Of a stretch of DNA of 64,000 bases, positions 12,491 through 26,400 are shown in pieces (position 1 is the first letter of the stretch; each line of letters starts with the position of its first letter). The translations under genes were made by a program, and so were the position numbers. The notes under the pieces are model-generated. The model saw only the letters and a program-made list of their open reading frames with translations. It was not told the origin of the DNA and ran no database searches. The DNA is from Eledone cirrhosa. Its lineage: Eukaryota. The stretch is from the NCBI GenBank assembly GCA_964016885.1, contig OZ024753.1, positions 21,204,001 to 21,268,000 of the forward strand, written 5' to 3'.

Positions 12491-13684
12491 CTTCCTCTAT
12501 ATTTCTTCCTCACTTCCATTCTCTCACTCAGTATTTTTTTCTGGAAGAAATCTGCTGTATCCAGACTTGGAGAGGAGATGGGCTCCACCAGGTTTTAAAA
12601 TACGCTAGAAGTGCTCTATGTCGGCACCACAACAACTCCCTCACCATTTACAGGACTATGTTATTGCTACTAACCTCATTGCTTTTTGTCACTTTTACTG
12701 AAACCTCTCAATAATTGCTTTTCAGAAAAAAAATTATTTTTAGTTTAACTGCTAAATATTTATTCTATTTATGAATATATAAATTATATCATCATCATCA
12801 TCACATCTATTTTCCCATGCTAACATGGGTTGGATGAGATATTTCTGAGGCAATATTCTATGGTCAGATGCTTTTCCTGATTCCAAACCTTACTCCTTTT
12901 CTTTTAAAAGTAAGTTTCTGTTATTTGCACATCATACTGCTGAGTTGTTGGACTTCTGTTTATGGGGAACATAAACAAGCATCCCTGTTAAAAGTGTAAA
13001 TTATGAAGCAAAGATACAGAGACACACATTCTCACACATACATGCACACATTTCTACATATATAATGAGCTTTGTACAATTTCTGTTAACTGAATTCACT
13101 TGTATACATAATTATTTATATACATAATTTATACATACATAATTTATATGTACATAATATATATACATAATTTATATACATAATGTATGTACAGCTGGAA
13201 AGTGTCAGTACTTAGATATTAACTGTAATCTCTTGTTTAAAATCTGTTGATTGGTGAAGATGAAGTATTTCTCATCATTACAGTAGATATTGTATTTGAT
13301 ATTGATATTGTCAATTTGCAATCTTTCAAATATCATATATATTTGATAATATTATAGCTTTTCTAACTTTGGACATTATTATACATGATTTTTTCTTATT
13401 TTGTGCATGTGGTTTTGTGTGGCCCCAGCCCCCAAGTCTGAGATTGTAACTCAATAAATCAGGTATTTAGCCTTGTATAAATTTTCAAGGGGCATAATTC
13501 TCTATACTTATAATTGTAGTTGTTATGATTTAGTCCCAGGTTAACCCTGATTGACTAAAGCTATGACCAAAACCATTCCAACCATGGCTCTCTTATCTTT
13601 CAGGGTGTATGTAGGACTATATTATCTGTGTTATACAAGATAATAGGGTGTTATTTTAGTGAAATTTGGCTGCTATTTCGAGTA

Positions 13685-13882
13685 CAGGGGTCAACTGAAA
13701 GGTTCATAGGCTGACCAAGAGACTCTTATGGAATGACTAAATGAGGTTTATTTTTCAACATAGTCCCTGGAAAGAAACAATGCAGTTATTAATAAGAAGA
13801 GTTGAAATTAATGCAAAATTTCACAGCTCTAGCATCACTCCTTCATTGTCAGTCAGCCTATGAACCTGTCAGCTTACCTTTG
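13685..13882. mobile_element. Mariner-like MITE
   Basis: Imperfect ~30-bp TIRs CAGGGGTCAACTGAAAGGTTCATAGGCTGAC / GTCAGCCTATGAACCTGTCAGCTTACCTTTG flanked by TA. Confidence 0.75.
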
Positions 13883-14087
13883 TATGTTCTGTAACCATGT
13901 AGAGGTTATCTCACTAGAATGTTTTAACCATTTAAACTAGGCAGAGAAAAAAAAGGAATTGAACTCTCATTAAGTTTTCTGTTGGAAATTAAATTCTTGG
14001 TTTAAACAGGAGATAATACAACCAGTAATTGCTGCAACAGATACAGTGAATATTTTAATATTAGTTAGAGGACAAAATGTAAAGTTG

Positions 14088-14287
14088 TTGTGTAGGCGTC
14101 ACAGCAAAAAACACCCAATAGCCACTGTAAATGAGGTTGGCGCTAGGAAGGGCATCCAGCAGTAGAAACCAAGCCCAAATCAGTCCTGTATGAGCAAGAC
14201 ATGGTCACCTGACCATGACATTACTTACAACAGGATAAATCATTCCAGCGTGGAAAAGTAGATGTGATGACTATGATGATGATGATA
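14088..14287 (+). mobile_element. Short non-coding RTE-derived element (AGGAAGGGCATCCAGC module plus GAT tail)
   Basis: Homologous to 1110-1316; similar copies near 32975-33150 (-) and 39290-39525 (+). Confidence 0.7.
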
Positions 14288-15011
14288 GTTAAACTTGAAT
14301 AGCTTTTACTGCTCTGTGTATTGTTGATAAAAATTCTAGCAGACAAGAACTTGCTTCATTATCCATATTATATTATTTGTTTACTTAAAACAAGCAGGTT
14401 TTTTTTTTCTGTTTGATTAGTAAATGATCCATTGAGAACTTCTTTCATTTATTGTTTAAAATAATATATACTAAGTGCTTCAGAGCTCTTCTAAAGAAGT
14501 TCTTTTAATAGTAGAATTGTTCAAATAATTCTTTAACTTGTTTAGGCCCATGGTTTACCATCTTAAGATATGCCACAAAATCTTTATGGAAGTAATAAAC
14601 AGCCACTGTAGAGTGTTCTAGATAATTATGATGTTATCTTACACAATGGACTTTTCCAATGATTTTCTTGAAGCCCATGGAAGAATTTGAATTCAGTACT
14701 TCTTCATGGTTAAGTGGTCAGCGACTAAACTGGCTCTCCCCCACCAATCCATGGTCTGGTGAGGAGGGTAAGTGGCACCCCAACAGCACAAAAAAAAGGT
14801 TGGATGAACTCATAAGAGTCAACAGCCATCCACCCTAACTATGGGTTAAATAACCTCACCATCCAAACATGACCTGACCAACCAACCTGACATGACTAAA
14901 ACCAAACAGAAAGCAGTGAAGGACTGTGAGTTAAAGAAAACACAACTGCCATTAATTTCATAGTGAATTTGTTTTGTTTTTTAATGTTTAGTCAAAGAGA
15001 GAAGAACATTA

Positions 15012-15198
15012 TCGGTGGATTGGCAGTATCGGTGGAGGGTCGGTCGCCATGCTTTCCAGCATAGTTACGTCCCTTTACGATCTGAGTTCAAATCCCGCCG
15101 AGGTTGACTTTGCCTTTCATCCTTACGGGGTCGATAAAATAAAGTACCAGTAATGTACTGGGTAATTGCTGGCCTTGTGCCTAAAGTAGAAATAATTA
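15012..15198 (+). mobile_element. tRNA-derived SINE
   Basis: A/B boxes, core and tail. Confidence 0.9.
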
Positions 15199-15351
15199 TC
15201 TATGGCTCTTTTTAGGGACTTCAAAACTGATAGAAGGACAGGAGGAAGGTGTCCTGAAACTAGATGACTGGCCCAAATACCTCTAACAGAGTAAAATCTG
15301 CTAAAAGTACTCAAGGGTCACGTGGTGTTGTTATATTGGGGAACAGATTAA

Positions 15352-15575
15352 CCCCTTTAGTAAACAGCCCAGCCAAAACCAGCTCTGGTTCTATGAAATA
15401 AAACTACCCATTTTAAAAATTTCTAATTTAAATTAAAATCTTCCAACATAATTTTATATAAGAACTTTACATTAAGTTACTATCTTAATAATGAAATAAT
15501 TAATTATTTTAGTAAATCCTTCTTCGTTAATTAATTAAAATATAGTATTTCATTAGAAATGTAATCCTGAAAGGG
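15352..15575. mobile_element. piggyBac-like MITE
   Basis: TTAA-CCCCTTTAG ... CTGAAAGGG-TTAA; related right end near 39530-39666 and left end near 63983. Confidence 0.6.
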
Positions 15576-16041
15576 TTAAGTCAACCACTCTAGTGAACTT
15601 TGGCAGAATTTGAACTGGGAATGCAAAACGAAATTTTTGCCACAATTGTATTTGACTGTAAAGTGAATTGATCTGAGACTGTGTTGAAGAACAAATATCA
15701 TTAAGAAGTGTGCTACCAAAACATCACTACCAGAAGCATCTTGTCTTACAATTCCACCAATCCACCACCTTGAACTGATACATTATTCGTATTTTATCAA
15801 TCCTCAGGAATTTGCAAATTTGACCTTGACAGGATTTGAACTCAGAATGCAAAAAGCTAGAACAAACTCCAGCAGCCATTTTGTCATAATCTCTAACCAC
15901 TCTGCCAACCACTCAGTCTATATATCTATATCTATTTTAAATATGTGTATATATTTATTCACATTGGTGCAGTCTCAGTTACACACTCTGTTTTTATACA
16001 GATATGGCGTAGTCATTACAATACAAGAGGAAACATAATAG

Positions 16042-16086
16042 TACCACTGATGATGTCACAGATGTGTGACGAAAGAACTTATAGTA
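16042..16086 (+). ncRNA. Hammerhead motif in a solo, diverged pLTR related to the Naiad family
   Basis: CTGATGA-T-GTCACA/GATG/TGTGAC-GAAAGAACTT; downstream ATGACCCTCCCCAAA resembles the pLTR end at 11861. Confidence 0.7.
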
Positions 16087-16596
16087 TATATGTATATTTA
16101 TATCTGTATTTTTAACTATGGAGATATAAAGGATACAGAAGCGAAAACCAACCAGAACCAAACAGTGAGCGTATTTTATTATTATTTCTGGCAATATTAT
16201 AACAATATGACCCTCCCCAAATATCTATATCTATTTCTATATCATATATCTATTTCTATATCAATATTTCAACACCACTTAGTCTGTTTTGTCTGCTATG
16301 TAAATTAATAATGTGGGGTTCAATTTGGGGTTCAATTGAAGGCTTCAATAATAATTAGCTTTGATTAATGAAACTAATTAATAATTAATTATTTGTTGCA
16401 TTGAAGACTGACTTAAATTAAGAACATAATGAAATAGCATATATATATACAGGGAGTGTAACATGCTGTTACTGTAGGTTTGCCCAAGTGAGCACTTGGT
16501 GAGTAGTTTCCCATCTGCAATGAGATGTAGAACTAAACAGAGTGTAAATATAATAGTAAAAGGACAAATAGTTAAGCCTTCATTATGTTTATTTGG

Positions 16597-16685
16597 TAGT
16601 GACGCATGTTTCACTATTGATCAGCTCAAGGTTCGATCTGTATCAATCTAGCTCGACTCTGGAATCAAAAGCTCATCAGACCTCT
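16597..16685 (-). ncRNA. Hammerhead motif with long stem II
   Basis: Minus strand: GGT-CTGATGA-GCTTTTGAT...ATCAATAGT-GAAA-CATGCG-TC-ACT, followed by AATAAA. Confidence 0.6.
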
Positions 16686-17149
16686 GCTGTGGTAATGAGA
16701 GAATGAACATATAAAGCATAGAGATGTCTGTAGCGGTTTGCAATGACATGGTGGTCAGTTCTTGTTGTTTTGATTGGTGGTTTTGCTATAAGGAATGTTT
16801 TAGCATGTGTGATAAGTGTGTGGGAGGGGGGCATAATGACGTGGTGGTGCTGGGGAGTAATGGTTGGTGTTGTGTTTTGGCTTATCATAGACATTGTGGT
16901 GTATATGCGGTGAGGCGAAGATCATGGGTGTGGGTGGGGTAGGGCTATGCGTGTTGGGAAATGAAAGGGTGAGGTGCTGTACTAAGGGGGACGGGGTTTG
17001 CTGGTCAACGGTTTGCCGGAGTGAGAGAAAAGGCGAGAGGAGAAACATAAGGGAAGTAGATTAGGGAGGGGGCATTGTTATAACCTACCTATATATACCC
17101 TTAAGAGGTATTATCACTATGAGGAATAAATGAACTATAATGAATCTAC

Positions 17150-17750
17150 ACTATCTCACCTGTCAGGGTGCCAACATTAAGTGTGGCAATCCTCAGGTGT
17201 GACGTCTTTTGTTGATTTTTCCTTTTCTGCAAAGAAAAATATTTATTTAAACATGGCTTGTTGTGCGATTGCTTGATGACGGTCGGGGGTTCTCACCATG
17301 CGCAGCTTTAACAGGGTTAGTGTTATTGCTGTTTAAGCAATCATTGCAATATTTGTCTGTTGTGCTCATAATTTTTGGCATTGTTATACTGGTTACCACT
17401 TTACAGCATGGACTGGGTGCTTTTATTCATGCCACTAGCACTAGAGAGGTTGTCTTACTAGACTCAGGGGCCTCTCAACCCCATACTTTGGCATGGGTTT
17501 TAACAGCTGAATGCATCTACCATTACCTCCATGTTACAGCATGGACTGGGTGCTTTTATTCATGCCACCAGCACTAGAGAGGTTGTCTTACTAGACTCAG
17601 GGGCCTCTCAACCCCATACTTTGGCATGTTTTTTAACGGCTGAATGCATCTACCATTACCTCCATATTACAGCATGGACTGGGTGCTTTTATTCATGCTA
17701 CCAGCACTAGGGAGGTCGTCTTACTGAACTTAGGGGGCTTCTCCACCCTG
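17150..17750 (-). mobile_element. RTE LINE 5' fragment with tandem ~120-bp UTR repeats
   Basis: Minus strand encodes LRIATLNVGTLTG; UTR homologous to 24200-24500. Confidence 0.75.
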
Positions 17751-17796
17751 TGTCACTACTCAATAAATGTAATGAAGGCATAACTATTCATCCTTT

Positions 17797-17845
<49 letters not shown>

Positions 17846-17901
17846 AGAAGAGAGATGGTTTTAAGTATATATCCTCTATATCCTCTATTTACTCTATAAT
17901 A

Positions 17902-17946
17902 CTGTTATATGTATTTCAAAGACATCAAAATGTTTTCATCAGACAG
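17902..17946 (-). ncRNA. Minimal hammerhead motif downstream of the minus-strand Neptune PLE
   Basis: Minus strand: CTGT-CTGATGA-A-AACAT/TTTG/ATGT..-GAAA-TACATA-TA-ACAG. Confidence 0.6.
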
Positions 17947-18001
17947 GCGTTAAGTTGTAATATTTTTTTGATTTTGATATGCCACCATTAGTTACTTGAA
18001 T

Positions 18002-18062
<61 letters not shown>

Positions 18063-19059
18063 TAATTTATTAAAATAACAGATTAAAGTTTAAACAAAGA
18101 ATCACTTCTTTCACCCTTAACAGGATATTCTGAAGCTAAAAATATCAATCTGTGAACGCAGAAGTAAATATTTCGAAAAACGTTGCAACCGAAGGAAGAC
18201 AGGAAGATGATACTTTGGCTTGTGGAACCGTTCCCTGGCAAAGAACAGGAAAAACGAAGATAATACGTCAATATGTGGAGCGATGAGAACAATTACACAC
18301 AAAGACAAAACCACGTTTATGTTATAACTGAAGTCGTAGACTAAAATTCTATTTAGGAAACCGAATGATTCTCAGCTTCAGAGTTAAGAATAAAGTAAAT
18401 AAAATACAGAGGTAATTGAAATCAACAAAAATTAAATATATACATGCGCGCATCCATATACGTACATACACATGCATACGCGAAAACACCCACCATGGGT
18501 ATGCAAATACAAGCACGTACACAAAAAAGCATGCACGCACATGCAGAACCCACGCAATGCCTGTACCCGCACACATACGAATGTATACACCAAATACACA
18601 TAAAAATATATATAAAAAAATATATATATGTGTGTTTGTGTGTGTGTGTATACATATAATTATATAAACGTATATAAATATACACACATAAATACGTATA
18701 TAACGCGCGCACACACATACCTACATGTAAATAGACATGTTCGCTAAACATACGTCAACCAAAACACAAAGTACACATATACACACACCCTACATACGTA
18801 TGAACCCGCATACTCACACAGACGCAAAACTCACGTATACACATAACCATATGCACATGTACCAGTATATATAATATAATATATACGCCTATAACATATA
18901 CAAGCAAATATACGTACGAAAAAGTGTACGTACCTTCACAAAACATATAGGTAATATATACTTACCTATACAAATAAGTAATGGTATAAACATAACATAT
19001 GCTTAGCTACCACATCAAGATGTAAAATATCCGCGTATAGTTCTTACTATCCGTTAGGG

Positions 19060-20340
19060 TACAATGTGGGGCTGTAATACAGGAAATTTTTGTCCAATTT
19101 ATGTTTACAAGCCGAAATTGCCTCAGATTTTTTGTTTAAGATGTGTTCTTTGGCGTAGAGTATTTCCAGGGCTTCAGAGCCGCAGAGGTCACATGGTCTT
19201 TTATTTCCGTTATACGATCTAGCCTTAACTAGGATCTCCTAGTGTAAATTATATTGGGTGTGGTTGTCTTTTAGACTCCAGATATAAGCTGAAAGTGACG
19301 TCATATTCCTTCTTAAAGGGTTAAAAAAAAGAATGGGTATGCATGTAAAGACGCTGCTTGAATCTATTGGCGGTTAACCCTATGTAGGCCCTACGGGACG
19401 TGGGTGTTTCAACCTTACATTTGTAGACAAGGATACTAGAGAGGCATTTCTCGGATAGAGGGCAGTCAACCAGATTCCTACAATTACAGTTAGTACTAGC
19501 TACAGGGTTGCACGTGTTCCTACGGCTAGGTAAATTAGCTAAATTTGAAGTTGTGATGTTATGTTCAAGGTTAGGAGTCGTAGAGTAAGAAATTTTAATG
19601 GTATTTCTATTAAAAATGTTACTATATTTATGTGCTGGGGAGAAATGCTTCATAATAAGGGAGAAAAAGATCTTAGCTAATGGTGTGGCCACCTCCATAT
19701 AATAATATGGTGGTTTATACCATGTAATGCATCGGGATCGATTTTTCCTAGGTCTATTCTCATACTCCGTATATGCTACCTTATCGACAAATCCACTCTG
19801 AGCAAGAGCTTCATTGTAATATGTGGAATGGTCGGTGAAAATTTGCTCGTTTGTAGATAGACGGGAAAGCCTCAAAGAAACGTTTCTTACCAGGATCTTG
19901 GTTATGCTGGCAGGATGGTTAGAATGCTTACTTATGAAAATTAAGTGTATCATTCGGCTTTCTATATGGGTAGTGCAAGCCATTCGACAAATTGAGGGTA
20001 ACGTCGAGATAATTAACGACCGAGAGGTTGGCCTCAACCTGTATGGAGAGGTTGAAGCCTTTAAAGAAGGCTGTGGGTTCTTTTCTGAACCTGTCGCAAG
20101 CACGTGGGCTGCAATTTGACATGGTCAAAAGATCATCATCACAGTACAAACAACCCCCCACGTTGGGGAATTCAGCCTTGATAGAGAAAAGAAGGAAAAT
20201 ACCGATAAGATCAGTAACGTCCGCAGAATCGCTGACACCCATACTCATGTAGAAGATCACACCATCTAACGTCGATTGTGAAGGCAGTCGATTAACTGCC
20301 CTTAGTTCTGACGTCAGTAGCTGAAACAATATTTATTAAA
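19060..20340 (-). mobile_element. Neptune-type Penelope-like element (RT C-terminal part plus GIY-YIG), decayed
   Basis: MGVSDSADVTDLIG, LYCDD, VNYLDVTLNL, SNHP, CNCRNLVDCPLSEKCL..VYKCKV..YIGLTANRFKQR. Confidence 0.88.
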
Positions 20341-20618
20341 CGATGATCTCCTCGAAAAGAATAGACGTGCTATCTCTATCGTGCTACCTCTTTGCAGTGA
20401 TCCAAAGGATGACATCACACCATGCAGCAGTATATGACGACTTAAATATATCCCAACCTAGGAGCACTAATGTATTTGAATATATTCTGTAATTGCTCCT
20501 ATTAAAAAATGTTTTTATAACATAAAATTGAGGTATGTTCCTTATTCCTTCTTTAACTATGTGCCAGTAAACAATATCCAATTAGACGGGATGCCTGACG
20601 ACCATCGCCCCGCCTAAA

Positions 20619-21740
20619 GTGGTGACCCTCGACGATTAAATATGAAAACGCAGACTGCTTAACTTCACCATTCGTTTTAAATTGAAAATTGTTCGTCTTA
20701 CACAAAAAAGAAAAAAAAAAATTTTTCTCAAAATGGCTGACTGGCCAGCTAACCTTTCTTCTTCAAATGCAGCCATCTGATTGGCTTAGCCTCGTCATGC
20801 GACCATATCCTTGTTTTGGAAAAGAAATGCGACGCCATCTTGTTTCATAATGACTATCTCGAATCACAGATACCACCAATTGTGCTGTTTTCCCATAGTT
20901 CTGAACATTACTTACTTTTATTCGTCCTTGTGGAAATAGATTGACAATGAATGGTCCTAATTTACCTGCTTCTTCTTCACATTCGAACCAGCCCGTCTCG
21001 ACACGCGAGGATGCCATGTTAAAGGCTATTGACGCTTTGACGCAGGGAGAATAGGCCATATTCCCGGCTGCCTAGGAGTCGTTCACGTTATTTCGCGACT
21101 CCACGTCGGCGTACTACTTCACTCGCCAGCAATCCATTATTTTGCTGGTATTATGCCACCTTCGCGGATAAGGCAAAACATTGCCGGCCTCCATGTAAAT
21201 ATTCAGCTTCGGGAAATGTAGATCAGAGTCACTAAAGGCGGCAAGTGAACTCTGCGAGACACAACAGAACCGCCATTTCTTCATAGAGGACCTCCTGTCT
21301 GGAAGAGCCTTCCTCGTAGACATGCATGATCTCATCAGACAGCTTCATGCAGTATTTGGCCTGTCAATTGTATGACAGTAACTCCTCCTGAATCATCAAT
21401 GAATCTACAAGCTGTCAATCATTCACCGATACGGACTTTTGGACAAATCTCGCTTCCTCTGCAATTCAGAAATCTTCGAGAATTCAAATGGATTTTTACA
21501 GTTGCTGACCTACCACATCCGATCTTGGGAGCGGATTTTCTACACCATTTTGCATTGACGGTGGACGTCCGTGGCCGACGCCTAGTAGACGACATTACTG
21601 GTTTTTCTCTTCGTGGCCAGAAAGCTAATTTTCCAACAGTTAGCCCGACCTTTTTCATCGCTATTGCTGGGAATCCCTATCATGCATTGTTGAATTCTTT
21701 CCCACAGCTTACTCTTTCTGTTGAGCGTGCTACACCCACA
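20619..21740 (+). mobile_element. Ty3/Gypsy LTR retrotransposon remnant (PBS, gag, aspartic protease)
   Basis: PBS-like TGGTGACCC at ~20619; RAFLVD remnant; LQAVNHSPIRTFG..FKWIFTVADLPHPILGADFLHHF..VDVRGRRLVD. Confidence 0.8.
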
Positions 21741-21744
21741 CATC

Positions 21745-22760
21745 TCTCCTCGCTTACCTCGATACTTGTATCCGAGCAGCGGCCGAGGAGATATGCAATG
21801 TCAAGTTTGACGACATTGGATGACAACAGGCTACTTTACCTGTCAGGTATGGTGGCCTTGGCCTCCGGTCCCCGATCTCACTGGCTTTGCCGGTGTATCT
21901 TTCGTTGGTAACCTTGTGCCGCATCCTCGTCAGCAGGGTTCTTCAAAACACAATAGAACCCTCTGTGTTCAGAGAACGTGAGGCCACCTGAAATACGTGA
22001 GACCGGTTGGGACTTAGCCCAGTAGACGTCCCTCCTCCTTCTTCCCTTGTTGATGTCAAGTACCCCCAAAGTACTTGGGATGCCATCCAGTGCAGCCTGG
22101 CCTCAGAGTGCAGCCAGCTCGACCAACACCGCCTTGCCTGTTTTCGTGCGGCTTCCAAACCCCACAGAGGTGTCTGGCTCCATGCCCTGCCCTCCTTCTC
22201 CACTGGCATGCAGCTAGACAACAATAGCCTGCGCATCGGCGTTTCCTTGAGGCTTGGCCTCCGGATCTGTGAGCCACACCAATGTCGCTGCGGATCCACC
22301 GTGGACTCTTTCGGCCTCCACCCACTTTCCTGTTGCCACAGTGCCGGCCGCCTTCCACACCATGCTGCCCTCAATGAGATCATAAAGCATGGCTTGGATG
22401 CTGCGGGCTTCCCTTCCCAGCTCGAGCCGGTGGGGCTGGACTGAGGGGATGGCAAACCCCTCGTCTGGGATGATACTTGCACCAACACTTTCTGCAGCCA
22501 CAACCTGGTGCAGTTTGTGACTAACCCAGGTTCTGCTGCACATTGGGCTGAGGAGGCCAAACTCCTCAAATACCGGTCGCTCTCCGACAGGTTTGCAGTT
22601 GTACCTGTGACAGTGGAGACTTCTGGTGTCTTCGGCCCTAGGGTTACCTCCCTACTCACCAACATAGGCGCTGAGCTGGCCAGCCACAGGTGTGAGCCCC
22701 GTGAGTTGATGTGGCTTTTCCAGTGCGTCTCCCTTGCTGTCCGCCGGGGCTGTGGGGGTG
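21745..22760 (+). mobile_element. CRE-clade non-LTR retrotransposon 3' region (CCHC plus restriction-like endonuclease), decayed
   Basis: LPVRYGGLGLRS, GVWLHALPS, LRLGL, CRCG..HPLSC, HAALNEII, LEPVGL, LVWD, AEEAKLLKY, PVTVETSGVFG, VSLAVRRG. Confidence 0.8.
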
Positions 22761-22769
22761 GGGGGCCCA

Positions 22770-24600
22770 TCGCGTATCATTCGATATTTAAGTATGTGCA
22801 CCAAAAATACATTGCTATAATGAACAAGAGTGGGCTGAGGACCGAACCTTGATGTACACCTACTTGTATCTGGAATTCCTCACTAAACTCCATTCCTATT
22901 TTCACTTTACTGACAGCACCCCTGTACATAGCTTGCACTGTCCTCACAAGCCATTCCTCTACACCTAGTTTCCTTAGGGACCACCAGATGACAGATTAGA
23001 GTACCCTATCAAAGGCCTTCTCTAGGTCTACAAAAGCTAAGTATAGTGGCCTATTCTTCTCTAACAACCTCTCTTGTAGTTGCCTCACTAAGAAGAGGGC
23101 ATCTGTTGTACGATTCCGAGGCACAAAACCAAACTGCATCTCATCTAAATTGACCCTTTCTCTAATCAGTCTGCCACTTTCATAACCTGATCCATTAGCT
23201 TCATGCCCCTATAATTGCTCCTCTCTAGAGCATCCCCTTTACCTTTGTAGCAATTTATGAGAATAGTGCTGCACCAGTCTTTGGGAATGACTCCACCATA
23301 TATAACCTGATTAATGATGCGTGCAACTAGTTTAGTGCCTACTTCTCCTGAAGCCTTCAGCAACTCAGCAACAATCCCCAACGGTCCAGCAGCCTTACCA
23401 TTCTTCATTTCCTTAATTGCCTCTTGTACCCTATATTCATCAATCTCAATAGCTGGTCCCTCTGTCAGGTCTACTGGGGATAATTCCTCTCACTCCCATT
23501 CATTCTCTACATTCATCAGTCTCTCATAATGACATTTCCAGACCTCCTTTTTTTGATCATTCGTGACACTAAGTACACCGGCATCATTCCGGACTCACTT
23601 ATCTCCAACAACGTCCTGATTTGCACTGACACACTGCCTATAACTAACCTAAGCTTAATTATTCTATCACTAACTCTAACTACCTCTATTGTCTTGTTGA
23701 TCCACCTCTCAGCCAGTAATAGGCCCACCACATCTAACCCATCATCATTACCCACCCAGAAAAGCTTATAACTATGATGTTTGCCTGCGATTAGTCTTGC
23801 AGAGGCACCTCTCCATATCACCTCTTGCACACAGCACACATCCACATGCTTTCTCTCCAGCATCTCCGCTATCTCACCAGATCTACCTGTTAGAGTGCCA
23901 ACATTAAGTGTGGTAACTCTGAGATGCGGCGTCCCGTTCTTTTTCCTGTTGTGCGATTGCTTGATCACGGTCGTGGGGTTCTCACACATGGCCTCGCTAG
24001 CCACCCCACTACCATGCGCAGCCTTAACATGGTTAGTGTTATTGCTGTTTACGCAGTTGTTTTTGTGCAATTACTTGATGACAGTCAGGGGGGTTCTCGC
24101 ACATAGCCGCACCAGCCACCCCACTACCGTGCGCAGCCCTAACATAGTTAGTGTTATTTCTGTTGATGCAGTTGTTGCAATTCTTATTTGTTGTGCTTGT
24201 AATTTTGGCATTTATTATACTGGTTGGATGCCCTTCCTAACACCAGCACCACTTTACAGCATGGACTCGGTGCTTTTAGTGCCACCAGCACTAGAGAGGT
24301 TGTCTCAGGGGCCCTCTTTACCCCTCCATTTTACAGCATGGACTAGGTGCTTTTATTCATGCCACCAACACTAGAGAGATCGTCTTACTGGACTCAGGGG
24401 CCCTATCCACCCCTCCACTTTACAGCATGGACTGGGTGTTTTTATTTGTGCCACCAGCACTAGGGAAGTTGTCTTACTGGACTTAGGGGACCTCTCTATC
24501 CCGCACCAATTTATTCGGAGTGGTAGCTCTCCTAGACGGGTTGCCTACACTACAGCTTACGGAGCCTCCGTCCACTCCTTGTCTGTTCTATGATATATTC
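22770..24600 (-). mobile_element. RTE LINE 5' half (5' UTR, APE endonuclease, RT N-terminus) with internal deletion
   Basis: LRVTTLNVGTLTGRSGEI..CCVQE; MKNGKAAGP..KGKGD..NYRG; FVDLEKAFDR; VGVHQGSVLSP. Confidence 0.9.
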
Positions 24601-24767
24601 ACGAGGGAGTGGTTAGCATACAGCGTGGGACATGTATACCGAATGTGGTGGAGGTGGGGCTGGTGGATGGGAAGTGAGAACTGAAATGGCTGATACATAG
24701 AATTTTTTAACACAGTTGCAAGTCACATACACACAAATATAAATAACAAATATAAATAACAAATATA

Positions 24768-25949
24768 CGTGTCCCGCATGTGCAACCCCAAAGAACTAGA
24801 GAGATACATACAACACTTCATCCACCGTATGCAGTTCTCTGGTTACAATCAGAGAGATAAAATCAGAGTATATAGAGGAGCCAGAACCAAATGGGAAAAA
24901 ATGGGAAATAATGATACAAATGGGACCTGCCCCTTGTATAGGAGCAAATTTTGGAATAGAATAGAAAGAACTAGGAATAAGGTTAATAGAATAAACTCAT
25001 GGTATGATAGCAATAAATACCAGAGTGTAATGTTCATCAATACAACCCTAGAGGTGAATTAGCTTACAAATTTAGAAGGGCCCTAGATAAACATAAACTT
25101 AATATTAAGATAGTAGAAAGACCAGGTACCTCCATAAAAACACTTATTAGCAATACATACCCTTTTCAAAGACCTCCCTGTATAGATAAGAAATGCATAA
25201 TCTGTAAACTAAGCCCCCATATTAACTGTAAAGCTAGAAATGTAGTATATAGCATAAGATGTACTGAAGGACAATGTAAAGATAAGAATATAGTGTACAT
25301 AGGTGAGACAGCTCATAGTATAGGAGAACGGTTAAATGAACACTGGCGAGAACTTCAAGATAAAAAAGAATCATCAATACTCCACCAACATGCTAAAATA
25401 GAACATAAGGGAAAATTAGAGAACATAGAAATAAAAATAAAATTTGCACACAGAAAAGACGCAATGTTTAGACAAATCACAGAGGTAATAAACATAAATG
25501 AACTCCAACCAAAATTAAATAGAAAACATGAATGGAATAGCAACATCACAACTTACAATTAAGGAAAAAATGAAAACACACACACACATAGAACAACCAA
25601 CCAACAAGTAACATGTAAATAATCAAATAAATAAACAAATATAAACACACACAGACACCCGGATGTAACACATGCGTAAACTAAGCACACAACACACACA
25701 AAAACAAGATGGCATAGGACAGAACAAAGGAGAGGCACAAAACAAAGAAAAGAATCCCCAGTCACTGAAGAGGTCACATAATGGGTGACGAAAGAACTTT
25801 GACAATATATGAACAACCGTCCGGTTATGGAACCAACCAACCAACCGGAAATTTATAAATTCTTAAATTTATAAATTTAATTTATAATAAATTGGAGTGA
25901 AAGCAACTGGTGCGTGTTTCTTATTGGCAACATGACCCTCCCAAAGCAT

Positions 25950-25953
<4 letters not shown>
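24768..25953 (+). mobile_element. 5'-truncated second copy of the Naiad-type PLE (RT thumb, GIY-YIG, pLTR)
   Basis: Near-identical to 10753-11881. Confidence 0.9.
25761..25803 (+). ncRNA. Hammerhead motif in the pLTR
   Basis: GTCA-CTGAAGA-G-GTCAC..GTGAC-GAAA-GAAC-TT-TGAC. Confidence 0.75.
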
Positions 25954-25995
<42 letters not shown>

Positions 25996-26043
25996 ATATA
26001 TATATATATATACACACACACATATATACATATATATATATAT

Positions 26044-26400
26044 TGTCCAGATGTATTTATCCTCTCCAATTATCGAATGTCTGACAGGTGAGAGAATTAA
26101 AAGAATTAAATGATGCTGAACTCTACAATAATGGTGGTTGTTTGTTCTTTCTCTTACAGTATTATTCATTCAGCAGGTTTTTTGGGGTTGTGAAACATAT
26201 TTTGTTGCTTCTCTCACACCCCTCTTTCATATAAAAATAAATGTTTAGACGTATATAATTAATTAGATATTGGTATGGTATAGTACGTAGCCAGTCATTT
26301 GGGCGATGCCTATTAAACGATATCAATTTATATATACGCACACAATTTATATACATACAACAACAGCTTTTCACACCTCCCGTTTTCCCATCCTTCTACA
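26044..26400. mobile_element. Possible solo LTR
   Basis: 357-bp complex island with TGT...ACA ends, flanked by TATAT on both sides inside a TA tract. Confidence 0.35.

Noticed and set aside
21898-21936. Minus-strand CTGACGA..GAAA match
   Set aside because: No stem II pairing; lies inside the CRE coding remnant. A similar chance match at ~12015-12045 was also rejected
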